Shown in pieces: positions 11,196 through 23,800 of a stretch of DNA of 50,871 nt. This stretch comes from Halocafeteria seosinensis (Eukaryota). Both the position numbers and the translations under genes were made by a program. Numbering within the stretch: the first letter of the stretch is position 1; every line of letters starts with the position of its first letter. Below the pieces are notes generated by a model that was given only the letters and a program-made list of their open reading frames with translations, made no database searches and was not told the DNA's origin. Location: NCBI GenBank assembly GCA_001687465.1, contig LVLI01000584.1, positions 1-50,871 on the forward strand, in the 5' to 3' direction.

Positions 11196-12820
11196 ATGGA
11201 GCAGCAGCAGCAGCAGCAGTCTGGTCGACAGGGAGGCCAGAGCAAGAAAACACGATGGAGTCTGGCGCCGCCAGCTCCTCCTATTACCAAAGATCTCTAT
11301 AGAGCGTCCATTAAGGCACCTCCCCCTCCTCCGGGCAACCCACAACAGCGTGAGAAAGAGCGAGAACCTGCATCTACCGCCAAACAGGCTCCAAGAGGAG
11401 GAGGAGGAGACCCCAGGGAGAAGCGAAGCTCGTTCACCCGAGAGTCCCAAAAATCTTCGGAACCGCGGCGACGACTCTCCCAGGAAGAACGCGATGAGGA
11501 GAGAGCGAGAGCAGTAGCTGCTGCACGATCCAGTGAACTGGACTCGATGGTCTCCAGAGACCCGTTCACGAAACAAAAAGCTACAATGGTGAGCACGCAC
11601 TAGTACCTCCTCGCGTTGAAACTTTTTAACGTTACTGTGGTTATTGGATGGGATTACCGGTTTTGCTTTCCTGCAGAGCTTTATACGTGATCCATCTATG
11701 GATCGAACTCTACGACAAGTATGTCTAATTGTGCTTTGGGAACGTTCCGTTCTTTTAATCACTGCTTTCTGAATGTTTGAGGGACAGCTTAGAAATGACC
11801 GGGATCGCGGAATTAGTGAAGGGACTGAGGAGGATGACGAAGGCGATGGTGACAGCGACAAAGTGGAGCAGACAATGGAATCATTCAAAAAGACCCAAGA
11901 TACTTTGATGAAAACTCGACACGATTCCCAGGCTCAGTTTGAGTCGCTGTTGCGCCCGACCCAAAAGCAGCCACAGAGACAGACACAAATGGAACAAGAA
12001 GACAAGCAGGTGAAACAAGAAGACTACCGGGTGAAGCAAGAACAACGGGAATCTTCTCCTGCTCCAGGGCGCATGATGCCAACTGTTAAGTTCGCCCGCG
12101 GAGTAGATCAAATAGAGAAACTCTCTGTAGCTACTTCCCGTGGAACTGGCGGTCAAGGCACGGAAGGATTCTCACCAAGACGAAAGATGGACACGATGGT
12201 TAGCGATATCAAGATTCAACAACTTCGTGGGATATTTGCTGGATTTGATGAAAATCGAGATAACGTCCTCGAAAGAGAGTATGTAGTGTCATTGGCGAGG
12301 AGCAACGCGGCCGCTATTTAGTATACTCTTTATTATCACAGGGAAATTACGAATGCGTTGTTATCCCTCGGGATTAAACCGACGAAAGCACTTGTAAATC
12401 GGTTCTTCGGGAACTCTTCCTTGGAGGGATGTGTTGATCTAGCAACTGTAAGTAAAGCACCACCAAACGGAGACCCCACTCCCTATCAAGAGTTTCCGTT
12501 ACGTTGTATCCTTTGCGCAGTTTATTCGGACCAGTTTACAAGAAGTAGGGGATGCCGAATCGACCTTATCTGATGTTTCAAAGGCGTTTTCCCCGTTTGA
12601 CTACGACAAGACAGGAATTGTAGATGTTGGCACTCTAAGACATCTGCTTACTCAGGTTCAAACTGGCTCTGAGCTAACACAAGGGGAGGCTGATGACTTA
12701 CTGCAAATGATTGGCATAAATAGCGGATCCAACTTCAGGGACAAGTTGGACGCTCGAAAAGCCAACATAAACTATCGACAGCTAATTGATGCGATGATGT
12801 TTGCTCCAGAGCAAACGTAA
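11196..12820 (+). CDS. protein with a long low-complexity N-terminus and a C-terminal calmodulin/centrin-like EF-hand domain (spliced)
   Basis: LRGIFAGFDENRDNVLERE|EITNALLSLG and KAFSPFDYDKTGIVDVGTLRHLLTQ...LTQGEADDLL...INYRQLIDAMM. Stop TAA at 12818-12820. Confidence 0.8.
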
Positions 12821-12859
12821 TGAAACCCTCTCAAAATACAATATATGCATTGCTGTCTA

Positions 12860-15730
12860 CTATTGGCCTGATGATGCACTCTTCTTGAGAGCCTCGGCAG
12901 CTTCTTGGGGCTCAACAGATTCTTCCTCACTTTGTTCAATGGCTCTTAGTAACTCCGTTATCTTCGGTTCTACCTTTTCTTTATAGCTTGCATCAAGTTC
13001 TAGCTGCAGCAAGCGGCGCCATTGAGTAAGGGCGTCATGTATGCTTTTCTGTATAGGCTTAAACAAAATGCCCTGGGTGGAAGACGATCCTAAATATACC
13101 GCCATTCGTTTCCTTAACATAGGAAGTTTAGTTTGAAGATTGTCGTCGATCTCTCCAGCAAGGTCACTCATTCGTCCTAGAGAGGGGATTTTCGAATGAT
13201 CAAATTTTGTCTCGCTTTGTGGTCCTTCTGTTTCTTCCGCTGAACCCGATTGAGAGGACTGCTGCGAGCTGACGATAAAACTGAGCAGTTCCCCCAGTAT
13301 CTCCTGTGACGCTCGTCGGATAAAGCTGTCACAAGAACTCTTCAAGATTAGCTCTAGATCACGCCGGGAATCAATAAGTTCTACGGTAACAGAAGGAAGA
13401 CCCTGTCCTAAGATGTACGAGATCCATGACGAGCCCTCATCGTTGCTCGTTGCAAACTCCCTTGGACTGGACGTTTCCTCAGAGACAGTATTTTGTCCTC
13501 GCCGCAGGAAAGAGCGGGAGAGAAGAGATACCAACGAAGATAATAACGAGGAGAGGGCCCCGACAGTGGTACTAAAGTCAACCGACCTTGACTTAGACTT
13601 CAAGTCTACGTTAAACGGAGCCAGCTGTTCTCGGAGAATCAAAAGATGTCGAATGAGAAACAGGTCGCCGTCATTCAGAGACTGGGTCCTGGCTACGAAC
13701 TGTGACCCCTTCACTAAGGCCTTACTGCAAGCGACTACTGCGTCTTGTGCCAGATCTTCAAAAGCTGATTTGTCCAATGTGCGATACAACTTCGACAGTG
13801 GAAGTAATGTGCGCTCCAGAGGGGGATACCAAGTTTCATACATAGATATAGTACCTGTTTGAGCACCAGCTTGATTCTGGACGGACGAAACGTTGGAGTC
13901 CTGCTGCGTGTAGTAAGCTATCAGAATATCTGGATAGTGAATGAGTTTATCTTCGTCTCCTTCGGCATTCCCTCGCAGATACTCAGAAGGGGACGCTGAA
14001 GCAATCGCATCGACGAGGTCAGTCTGCGCCCTGAAGAGAAGCCGTTCTTGGGCATCTCCCATAAGTTCGCGGACTGCTATCTTTAGTGCTTCAGCCGACA
14101 TGCCTCTGGGTCGGATGAAGCCTTCAATGACCTCCTCCTTAAGGGTTAGTATAACTTCACAAAGCATATCCAAGTCCTCCAATACAAGAATCACTGGACG
14201 CATACTGTCTACAAGTGCAGAGCTTAAGTCTTTCAATGCATCGCGGACGATATCCACCGTGCCTGGAGGAACAAAACCAGCATGCGTATAGTGAGACTTT
14301 TCTCCACGAACTGCTACAACAGAAGGATCCAATAATTTCTGACTGACACGGCTAAACTTTGTGCAAAGGCTATGGAACAACTCGTATTCATCGCAAACAA
14401 CGCGAAGCATAAAATGGCAGTTTTTTCGGATCAGTTCCAAGAGCCATGAAAACTTTTCTGAGGATTTGTAGAAGGAATCTGCAATTTTTTCTTCAGCAGC
14501 GGCTATAGTGGATCCGAGGGAGCGTATATGCTTCTTGTGCTCCCTTATAGAATTTCTAAGATGAGCCAAGACGAAGGGTTGCAGTACTGCCACCCGCTGT
14601 TCCATGAAATACGAGTGCACAGAGAGAAGCTTTGAGTAACTCTCAGTGCTAGTGTCCTGACACCGAAGGTGGAGCTGCAGAAGCGGGGGCATCAGTTCTT
14701 GGCACGCATTGCGAAACCGTACATACATAATGGAGCTGACACGGGCGTCCATCAACGTGGGCTTTTCCTCAGGAAGGTGTGCCCCATGCCGAAGATGTAA
14801 TTTATTCGCGTTGTCTTGCACCTGGCGTACACACTGCTGAATCTTTTGAATACAGGTGTTCCGACAACGCTCTAATGTCATTGCTCGCAATGTAAGATAG
14901 CGTTCCAAAAATACCGACGCATCTCTGTATTGGGTGTGTTTCTGAAGAAACGCCACTGCTTGGTCAATTTGAGTGAGGCTTTTGGCGAACAAAACTTCAT
15001 CCTCTTTAACTATACGGTCGCCCAGAGACATCAATTCCTCATGCGTCATGACGCTTTCTTTCACGATTGCGTAGGATGAAGCAGAGTTTGACTCGACTTC
15101 TTCCGGGCTGCTTTGAATCAGCTTGTCTTCTTTGTCCATTTCCATACGCTTTCTAAAGCTCTGTTGGATGCGTCGAATCTCCTCGAGTGGCATGATGTTC
15201 CCATAGTACTGTGTGGCGCTTCCAGTGGGAGTTAATGCCAAGGTCAACGGACCTAAGACATCGAAATGAAATAAAGGCTTTGCGATTCTTTGAGCGGTGG
15301 ATGTCAGCTTGGCGTACTCGCGCATGAGTGTATCGCACTTATCGTGAAGCCTCTGTGTGGATTCATTGATGGAGCGATGACGTTCTTCGAGATTTTGAAG
15401 CTCCCCAATGGAATCCGTTACAAGGTCAAGAACTGTCGAAATCTGTGCGTAGCGGCGGTACGATTCCTTGACCAATTCATCCAAATGAACCATTGCGCCT
15501 CCGTCATCCTCGGCCTCTTCATCCTCCTCATCACTTTCCAGGGAATCGACATCACCTTCGGCATGCGATGCTTGTTTATCCTCCTCATAAGAATTGGCAG
15601 TTACTGTTGAGGAAGCACAGGAATTGTAACACTGGTACATGCTCAAGAGATCATCGCCCACGAGTAGTGTGTTGCTGCCACCGCTGGATTGAGGCTCCGG
15701 CAGTTCGGGCGTATAATCACTCCACTGCAT
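12860..15730 (-). CDS. COG3: conserved oligomeric Golgi complex subunit 3 (Sec34); true start may lie in a further upstream exon
   Basis: 956-aa ORF with DAQERLLFRAQ, WYPPLERTLLPLSKLYR and DGDLFLIRHLLILREQLAPF, which are characteristic COG3 motifs. Confidence 0.88.
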   Translation of the reverse strand: MQWSDYTPELPEPQSSGGSNTLLVGDDLLSMYQCYNSCASSTVTANSYEEDKQASHAEGDVDSLESDEEDEEAEDDGGAMVHLDELVKESYRRYAQISTVLDLVTDSIGELQNLEERHRSINESTQRLHDKCDTLMREYAKLTSTAQRIAKPLFHFDVLGPLTLALTPTGSATQYYGNIMPLEEIRRIQQSFRKRMEMDKEDKLIQSSPEEVESNSASSYAIVKESVMTHEELMSLGDRIVKEDEVLFAKSLTQIDQAVAFLQKHTQYRDASVFLERYLTLRAMTLERCRNTCIQKIQQCVRQVQDNANKLHLRHGAHLPEEKPTLMDARVSSIMYVRFRNACQELMPPLLQLHLRCQDTSTESYSKLLSVHSYFMEQRVAVLQPFVLAHLRNSIREHKKHIRSLGSTIAAAEEKIADSFYKSSEKFSWLLELIRKNCHFMLRVVCDEYELFHSLCTKFSRVSQKLLDPSVVAVRGEKSHYTHAGFVPPGTVDIVRDALKDLSSALVDSMRPVILVLEDLDMLCEVILTLKEEVIEGFIRPRGMSAEALKIAVRELMGDAQERLLFRAQTDLVDAIASASPSEYLRGNAEGDEDKLIHYPDILIAYYTQQDSNVSSVQNQAGAQTGTISMYETWYPPLERTLLPLSKLYRTLDKSAFEDLAQDAVVACSKALVKGSQFVARTQSLNDGDLFLIRHLLILREQLAPFNVDLKSKSRSVDFSTTVGALSSLLSSLVSLLSRSFLRRGQNTVSEETSSPREFATSNDEGSSWISYILGQGLPSVTVELIDSRRDLELILKSSCDSFIRRASQEILGELLSFIVSSQQSSQSGSAEETEGPQSETKFDHSKIPSLGRMSDLAGEIDDNLQTKLPMLRKRMAVYLGSSSTQGILFKPIQKSIHDALTQWRRLLQLELDASYKEKVEPKITELLRAIEQSEEESVEPQEAAEALKKSASSGQ

Positions 15731-16028
15731 CCTTGAATTGATCTAATGGTGCATCTAGTAATACATCCGTGATTCCACCCAAAGAGGTTGCCCACCGGAT
15801 GAGCATATGTAGACCCACATAACAAGAAGAATTCTTGTCTCTGTTGGCTGTGTAGGGCATCCGGGCTATAAGCCCGGGACCATGGTGTTACATCCGGGCC
15901 CTCAGTCCGGATGTCCAGGCCCACGGAAGAATCATATAAGACCGCGTTGATAACAATGCGACAAGTAGATCCTGTGGATGTTATAGGAATTGCGTGTATG
16001 TCGTCAATGGTGGTATCTTGTGCATGGA

Positions 16029-17928
16029 ATGCTGTCATCGACCTTTGAGTCCATATACAAAACCCACCGCACGGGGAACGGGAGCATACAAGATGTCGTA
16101 TTACAGGCGATAGAGGATATTTTACGTCAAAACAGTAACGACAGCCTAAAGGCAGCTTCTCAGATATGCGCAAATGAGACGGCAAAAGATGAGGTATGTT
16201 GCTTTTCCTCCTCGCTGTGGAACACCCGGAAGTGCAGCGAGTGTGCGCAAGTTGAAGATGTTACCACCGTTTTTGTAATTATTGTTTAGGGGCGACTATA
16301 GGGGACCGTAGTTCCCAGGTGTCGGGTGACCAAGTTCATTTCACCGAACGACTTCATGCGTGCAGGCTGGGAGGACTTTATTACATTGGGCTGCGGCAGA
16401 GAATGCCGTCGATGCTACCAAGAAGCTCTGCGAGATCGTAGGTAGTGAGAAGGGATTACTAGAATGCAAAACCAAGGGAGGAAATACACCGTTAGCCCGA
16501 GCTGCCGCCTATGGAAGTGATGAAGTTATTAGGGTGCTTCTACAATACAAGGCCGATCTAACCACCGTCAATAATGAAAAGTGTACACCGCTCATTCGCG
16601 CAGCGAGATGGGGACATAGTAGAACAGTTGAATTGCTATTAAAGCATGGCTCGCCTGTTGACAGAAAGGACTCGTCTGGACGAAGTGCGTTCGACTGGGC
16701 TCAATATAAGCAGTTTACAGATGTGGTAGACCAGCTAGACAAAGCAAGGAAAGCGCAGATAGCATCAAATATAGCATCCTTGGCAGCTGGGAAGACGAAA
16801 AAGAAGGAGACCCGAAGCAGCACGACGTCCGACGCTGGGGTTGCCTCGACGTCCCAGACCCAAACAGCTACCACGCAGGCCTCACACTCCCACACAACCA
16901 GTCATCAACAAGATACAAGCGGAGAGCAGGGATCGGCAAGTTCGGCTACGACAACGAAGGCTGATGTTGGAGAACCATCAACGGTTAGCACTGGGCGATC
17001 TCAAACAGCTGCCTCGCAGCACCAACGAGCGACTACTGCCAAACAACAGCGGACTAGCGCAAGTTCGCATCGCTCATCGAATACCACTGTCTCACGCAAG
17101 GAATCGCCAACGCCGTCTGCTGCGGCTAATCAGGCTAGCAGTCAAACATCGGTGTCTGCGTCTACTCCTCCACCACCACCCCCCACTCCCTCAAGTGGAG
17201 GTGGATCTTCACGAGACGTAAATGGGGGGGAAACCACGCCACCACCCCCTCCACCTGGTGAACCTCGGAAATCTTCTCAGGCTCGCACAAAGTTACATGG
17301 AAACGGTGAAGCTAAACCTACAACTAGCTCCATGAAACTTAGCGCGTCGTCAAGACAGGAGAGCGCACCAGCTCACATGTCTTCGGAACCCGGGTCCTCT
17401 TTAGCTGGTGGCCGCCACGATACATCAGGGGGAAACGGACTTGTTAACCAGTATTCGGAAGCCGGGATAAGCGAATCTGAAGAAGATAGCGATTTTGTAG
17501 ACCCGAAGCAGCCCGGGGCTCCACCAGCACGGCTCACTAGTCGCTCCATTTGTTCTTCTGGGGGTTCGCGCTTTGGTATGCCAATGCGCGTAGAAGGTTG
17601 GCTAGCTAAACATGGACATATTATAAAAAACTGGAAAAATCGTTGGTTTGTGCTAGAGTCGCGAACGATGTGGTACTATGCTAAGAAAGGAGAACCGCGA
17701 AGCAAAGCGAAGGGCGTTATACGACTTGATGAAAAGGCAAAAGCGTATATTGATGAAAGCCCATCGAAACCACCTAACTGCTTTATTGTAGCTACATCCC
17801 AAAAGAAGTACGTAATGCAAGCGGCGGATGAAGAGGAAGCAGATGACTGGGTCGCTGCAATACAAAACAACCTCAAAACCGTTCACCCTTCCTTAGCACA
17901 TCCTAAATACGATCGAATTGATGGTTAA
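16029..17928 (+). CDS. ankyrin-repeat and PH-domain protein with a Ser/Thr/Pro-rich linker
   Basis: Ankyrin repeats GRTLLHWAA, GNTPLARAA, CTPLIRAA and GRSAFDWA. PH domain EGWLAKHGHIIKNWKNRWFVL...EEADDWVAAIQ. Exon 1 (16029-16193) is followed by a gtatgt..gcag intron. Confidence 0.88.
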
Positions 17929-17982
17929 ATTTCAGCAGCTGTGTTTCAATATAACTCATTCTACGATACTGCTATGGTATAG

Positions 17983-18866
17983 CTAATAAATATGACCATG
18001 TGGGAATTCAACCCCTCTCTTTCTCGGCTCCCTTCTAGTTACTGCCTCCTCCAACGTAGACTTCCTCTGTACGCACTGTGGTTTTCTCTCCCCAGTTTTC
18101 CTAGACGTGTCAACTGGCTTATGCTTTGATGAAAGAAAGAGCGACTTAATCCTGGCCTGTGGTATACGCATCAGATGAACACTTAAAACGCTAAAGCGCT
18201 CACCCAACCTAGTTACATTCTTACCTGTCTTTCATCCCTAACTTGGCGGGATATGTTTGGTTCCCTTAGTTGTTTCAGATTTGTGAGGTGCCAAGTTTGC
18301 ATCGATCCTATCAGAGCGTCAATGTGGTCTTCCATGCCCTGCGCTGCTAATTCGTCCCGACCTGGAAATTCCGCGTCGTCGTGCTCACCTACGGCCTCGA
18401 CGCTCGTGACTTTCGTTCGTTTCTCCATGGGTATCCCATTCGTAGAGACTGTGGAGCCGGTCACACCTTCAAAACTTAACCTCCTTGGGTAAGGCATATT
18501 GTAGCAGGGAGTTGTGGTGGATTCCGCGTGGCCTTGCTCGGAATTGCAATAGACCGGATGGTAGCGACGCTGATGCTCCGTCACCAGTTGGCTTTCCGTG
18601 CTGGATTTCGGCCCATTGGCACCTTTATGTGTAGGATCTGAAGTACTTGGACTCTGTGCAAAAGTTGCAAATGGCGTCCCCTCGTGCTTGACTGGAGCTG
18701 AATACCCCGCTGCTACAACCGAGTGCTGGGAGACAGCCGTCGCAAACGACGGTCCCTCCGATGCAGGTTGTTGCATCATGGTGCGCAGTCTCAGAAGTCG
18801 ACGGCAGATATCCCCGTCATCTCTGACGATACTGCACATAATAATACATTCAGTAGAACTCTTCAA
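17983..18866 (-). CDS. hypothetical protein, probably spliced; boundaries uncertain
   Basis: 217-aa ORF at 18213-18866 fills the gap between flanking genes, with a possible terminal exon in 17983-18155. No recognisable domain. Confidence 0.4.
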
Positions 18867-19296
18867 GTTGTGAATTCAGTCTCGGCAACTTCAAGGGCTC
18901 TACAAGAATCCAAGTTGCAGCTTGCAAAGTGCCCAACGCAGAAAACTGTAGCATCACTCCGTTTCGATTGGTAAACTGTGCAGCGTCGAGAGAAAGCAAT
19001 TTGGCAGTATTAGAACTGTGCCCATAGAGGGAGCAGGGACTCCCAGGGAGGAAGTTACAAGTGATCGCGCACACTGGCGAGAATTGGTGCAGAGCAACGT
19101 GATAAATTGAAGTAGGTGCGGTATGATAAAAATGCAGATCAACGCATATATTGGGACCAAAATTGCTCTTATGTCGGAAGGATGATGACCTAAGCGAACG
19201 GTGCTTCAAAATGCAGCGTTTGCATAACAGGCACCACCCAATAACGGTTTCCTTTGCATACATTCAGAAATCCCACTAACCCTACCTGTATGGCCG

Positions 19297-20336
19297 TCAT
19301 AGATCAGACGAAAACACAGGTGTACCTAGACATGGATCTGATGTTCCACTCTCCTGTCCTGGAGTGTTCTCTCGAGTGCGTGAGAGCGTCAACCGAGAGC
19401 CAGGGTCCGTATCTCGGTTACTCACATCGTTCAGCACGCGGCCCTGGTTCTTAGTTGGGGTCGCATATAGATCGCGATCATTCATTGCTATATCGTCGTT
19501 GGTATGATGCACTGTATGGAAACAGCGACGACACATTGGCAAGTACTTGTCATCCGATCCGATTACTTCGACGTCAGTTTCGTTACTGATTCGTTTTGAA
19601 TAAGGGGCTTCTAAGCCACAGCATGCACACACTGCCGTCAGATGGTCAATACGATCGGCCAGGGGTATAGCTTCCATTACAGCACCGAAGCCCTGTAAGC
19701 AACGAGAAATGATATCAAACATGATAAACTCGTCTCCGATGATGCGGGACTTCCATAAGTCTTGTGCTACTTACCTTTCTTTCGAATGTGCCGTTCAAGG
19801 CTGAAACAATTACCACTTTCCCATGACATGCAAATCTGTCGATTGCTTCCGGAAGGTCTGGGAAGAATTGCCCCTCATCGACGGCAATGACATCATAGCT
19901 TCGCCAATCTTGGGGGCATTCTTCGAGAGAGTTTACAGCGACTGCCGGTATTTGATCCTGGTCATGCGTGGAGATAGCGTGCTCAGAATACCGAGTATCT
20001 TTCTGCGAATACAAAGTAAAGTCAAAATAATAGGGCGCGCTTCCATCAGCAAAATTCAAATGCTCAAAAAAGATATGCGACTTTAACGGTCGCTCGCCTT
20101 ACCTTGTATTTCAATAATAACACCTTTCTCTTGGAGTATTTAAAGCGGCGCACTCTTCGCAATAATTCCGTGGATTTGCCGCTAAACATGGGGCCCAAAA
20201 TCAGCTGGATCTCCCCGAGAAAAGGTGGGAAAACAGCGGCATCCCCTTCAGCTTGCATCACCCGCAGTGTTTTCTCGTTCGCATGGGTGGTACATTGGGG
20301 GCTATTGCTGCCCGAAATAGAGCTCGATGGCATCAT
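19297..20336 (-). CDS. TK1: thymidine kinase (TK1 / type II), 3 exons
   Basis: P-loop [14 protein letters not shown], then KDTRYS...THD, VDEGQFF, zinc site LTAVCACC...MCRRCF and EVIGSDDKY. Confidence 0.94.
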
Positions 20337-20803
20337 TCTGTCTCCTATACGACGAAGATAGACACGTCCATATTTCACATTAACACAACAAGCCTGAAAT
20401 TTCCGCTACAGTGTGAAATCCTGGTGTATACCGTATGCGACGAGCTGGACTCCCATTTGAATTCTACTGTAGCCCCTCAGCTTCACAAGATGAAGAATCA
20501 CAGTAATACAACCACAGTGATGCATGAAAAGACTAAATAGTCAGGGAAATATAAATCAGCTGTTGTACACCTACCAAGTGTTTTATTGTCGAGGCAGTTA
20601 ATTTGTAATAGCGCGTTGCGGGTTTCAACTTGTAGGAATTGCGACGCAACTCTTGTCACTTCCCGCAATTGTGTACAACTTGGATGTCTAGAGCTTGCGA
20701 AAGAACTGTGCGGCCAAATACTGGCTTTCGATGTTGCATACAGTTCGTGGTGTGAAAGTGAAAAGTAACTCGCTGGTCACACCATCTCAACTCCACGGTT
20801 GGG

Positions 20804-23800
20804 TCAGTTCTTTCGTCGGCGTATTTCGTGTAGGCGCTCATCCGAATAAACGGGTTTCGTGGCTATGACTTTCATACTTAGTCCTGCCATCTTTTGGGTT
20901 CGAATGACCTGGTTTCCTAGCGAAAAGGGCACCAATGTTGCTGGAGGACTCAAATCTTTCACCTCCGACGTAGTCTCACTTGGTCTTTGAGAGAACGAGA
21001 CGCTGTTCCATTGGATCTCGTAAATTTTACTGACAACAGAACTCGGGAGACTTAGGCGCCACGCAACTTCACGAATATTATCGTCAAGAATACCACTCTT
21101 AGAGGCCAGTTTCCATACGTCCTTATAGTCGTGTCTAACCCAACAGTCATACCAAGGGGATGGAAATGGCTGGTCGTATTCTGAGAGATAGGTAGAGCCA
21201 CGGTCTACTGGAAGAGCCCCTTCTCGCTGCTCAGCAGCCTGATTGAACTCATGTGCGAAGGGAGCACTGGACGAACGTTCTTGCTGCCGTTTTGAAACAG
21301 AAAACGCTTGCTTCGCAGAAATTCCCATAAGGTTATCGTTAATATCACTTTTCAATAACAATACCGCGTCCAAACGTGTTCGAATTTTCCTGCGCGAGTG
21401 TTCATGATCCAATGCAACCATAGCCGGGGACTTCCGTTCCGACGAGAACGCACCATTCCAATCCAACTTCCCATACTTTGCCGTGACCCCTGCCCATTCG
21501 CATAGTGAGCCCCATGCCAAACCGCTCAGAAAGAACGCTTGAAACCCGGTAGCTGTAAGTCGTACTTCTGAAGTCCCGTCCGAAGCAAAAAATCCGGCAG
21601 TAAATACAAACGTGGGAGTGATGCCTCCAGAATCCATAGCTGCTGCTCCGGTTCGCTTAACGGTTGTGCCATATAAAGTAGTCGTTGGTGCTGTACTGGA
21701 AACACTAGCCGGATACAGTTCGGAGCCAGTAATTGTGTCGATCCACTTCATCGTAAACCATGATAAGGATACTATCTGTACCCGTATCAATTTAGATGTA
21801 AGATCCAACCCCATCGTGACCCCCGGAGAGTGCAACTTCATCAGGTATGAGACATCCTCAGGATTCTGCTTGAGCTGCGGGCCACTAGTACCCGCCATTG
21901 CCTCTAAGCTTACATCTAGGGTACCTTTTGACACCAGGACAATTTTCCCATTTTGGACCTCTCTCTTCAGTCTCCTCAGCGTTACCCTTTCTCCGGGTAA
22001 AAAGGTAGGGGGCATGCATCCTCGACTTGTCGGCAAATTGACAATATCGATATAGTCTGCCGTCTGTGTATCTAACAGTCTTATAGTCACTACTATCTTA
22101 TCATATGAGCAGCCACACAACAATTGTTCGGGAGTAGGGGGTTGCCCAATGCGTATTGCGTTTGTAGACCATTCATCGTTTCGCGCACCTAGATTAGTAA
22201 CTGAGACACTCTTTGAGAGAAACAGCCCTTCAATACTGAATTCCCGAGTTGGTTCACCAGGTACAATGTGCCGAACACTGTCTTCAACATTGGCGGATTT
22301 TAGAATTCGATAAACGTCACTAGCATGAGGGAGAAGGCACTCGCGTACGCCGATAACACCGTTAGCGCTTTTGATGTTACGCTTGTCGTATGACTTCCCG
22401 GAGGCTCCGAAGTCCAGGCACGAGTCGGGTGAAACAGAACCGCCAAGAACGCAAAGATTCTCTGATCTCCCTCTCACCGACAGCTGTTTAAAAAGTAGGG
22501 TCTTACATAACTCAGTAAAATAAGCAGCCATAGTTCCCCTGTCGGTAGATTCCATTTCTAAACAATCTTCAATCAAGCGCGGCATCCCGAAACAATGCCG
22601 AAGCTTCTCTTCTTTTCCATGCAGCACTTCGTCAAAGGCTTGTTTGGCAGAACTGGCCGTAAATTCTTCCACCACGATTACAGGATTATGTATCAGCATG
22701 GCGAACTTGCTGTCTGGTATGTCCTGGCCCCACTCATTATCGAAATGCACTTGAATTGAAGCTGAACAATCCGACAACACGAACTCCTCACGTCCTTCTC
22801 TAGTATATTTCGAGAACTCGCAGACAAGAGCAAAATTGGGAAACCCAGTGAGCCCCTTTATCCCCTCGTTATCCACTCTAAGCAAATTCCAATTACAGCA
22901 TCCTTTCGAGACAGCACGGTTGTCGTTTATCAACACGTAGGCAGCCGCCATGGCTTCGATGGGGCTCATTACATAGGTGCTCTCTGGCATCACATTGCTC
23001 AATGTCAAGAATTGCACTGACTGCTCGCACATATGTCTCAACCACTCTTCGTTAACGCCTACAGTGCTGCGGAGTATCTGCTCTAACCGACCCATCCAAA
23101 GAGCCAATGCAGGACTCTGTTGACTCACCGCTGATGATGACGCTCTGGATGTAATGGGAACCGGTGGAGACTTTGCAAGAGAATAAGGGGAAAGGGCCAC
23201 CAGCGAGATAGAGGACCTGTCTCGAATTGGGGAAAATCCGGCAAACATATGTTCTCCAAAGAAAATAGGCTGAACATTATGTAACGTAACCTGTGCTCCA
23301 CACCGTATCCCCAATCGAGGGAACGTCACGGTGTAAGTAGCTCCGCCTCTGCCGACGCTGCCACTAGCCATCCATAGCGTAAGTTGAGGATGATTGTCCA
23401 GCTGTACAGCGTTTGGATGTACTGCTGTAATGATTCCTGTGTAGTCCACCACTTCTGACTCATTCAAGTAAGGATTTTCGACCTTGAGTGCTCTTAGGGT
23501 GTTTTGCAGGGCCACCTCCGAGCAGATGTCAATCACAGTGGTATGGCCAGCGTGTTCGTCTGCATCTCCATGTGCTTGAAAGACTAAGTTGTGCCCTGTG
23601 CGGTCAAACGGGGACTTTTTGACGCGAAGATTTGTGATGATATAGTCGTTCCGAGACTTCAATACGTGGTATACTTTGCACATTCTTCTTGCAGGGAACA
23701 CAATGTCTACAGACCATCGCACTCGGTGATGGGTAGTTTCCTCGAGGCCACGCGTTGATAGCGCGGTGCATCTCCTTGCACAGTTCGTACACTGCTGCAC

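Noticed and set aside
11199..11219. CAG microsatellite
   Set aside because: Simply encodes a short poly-Gln at the start of the EF-hand protein.
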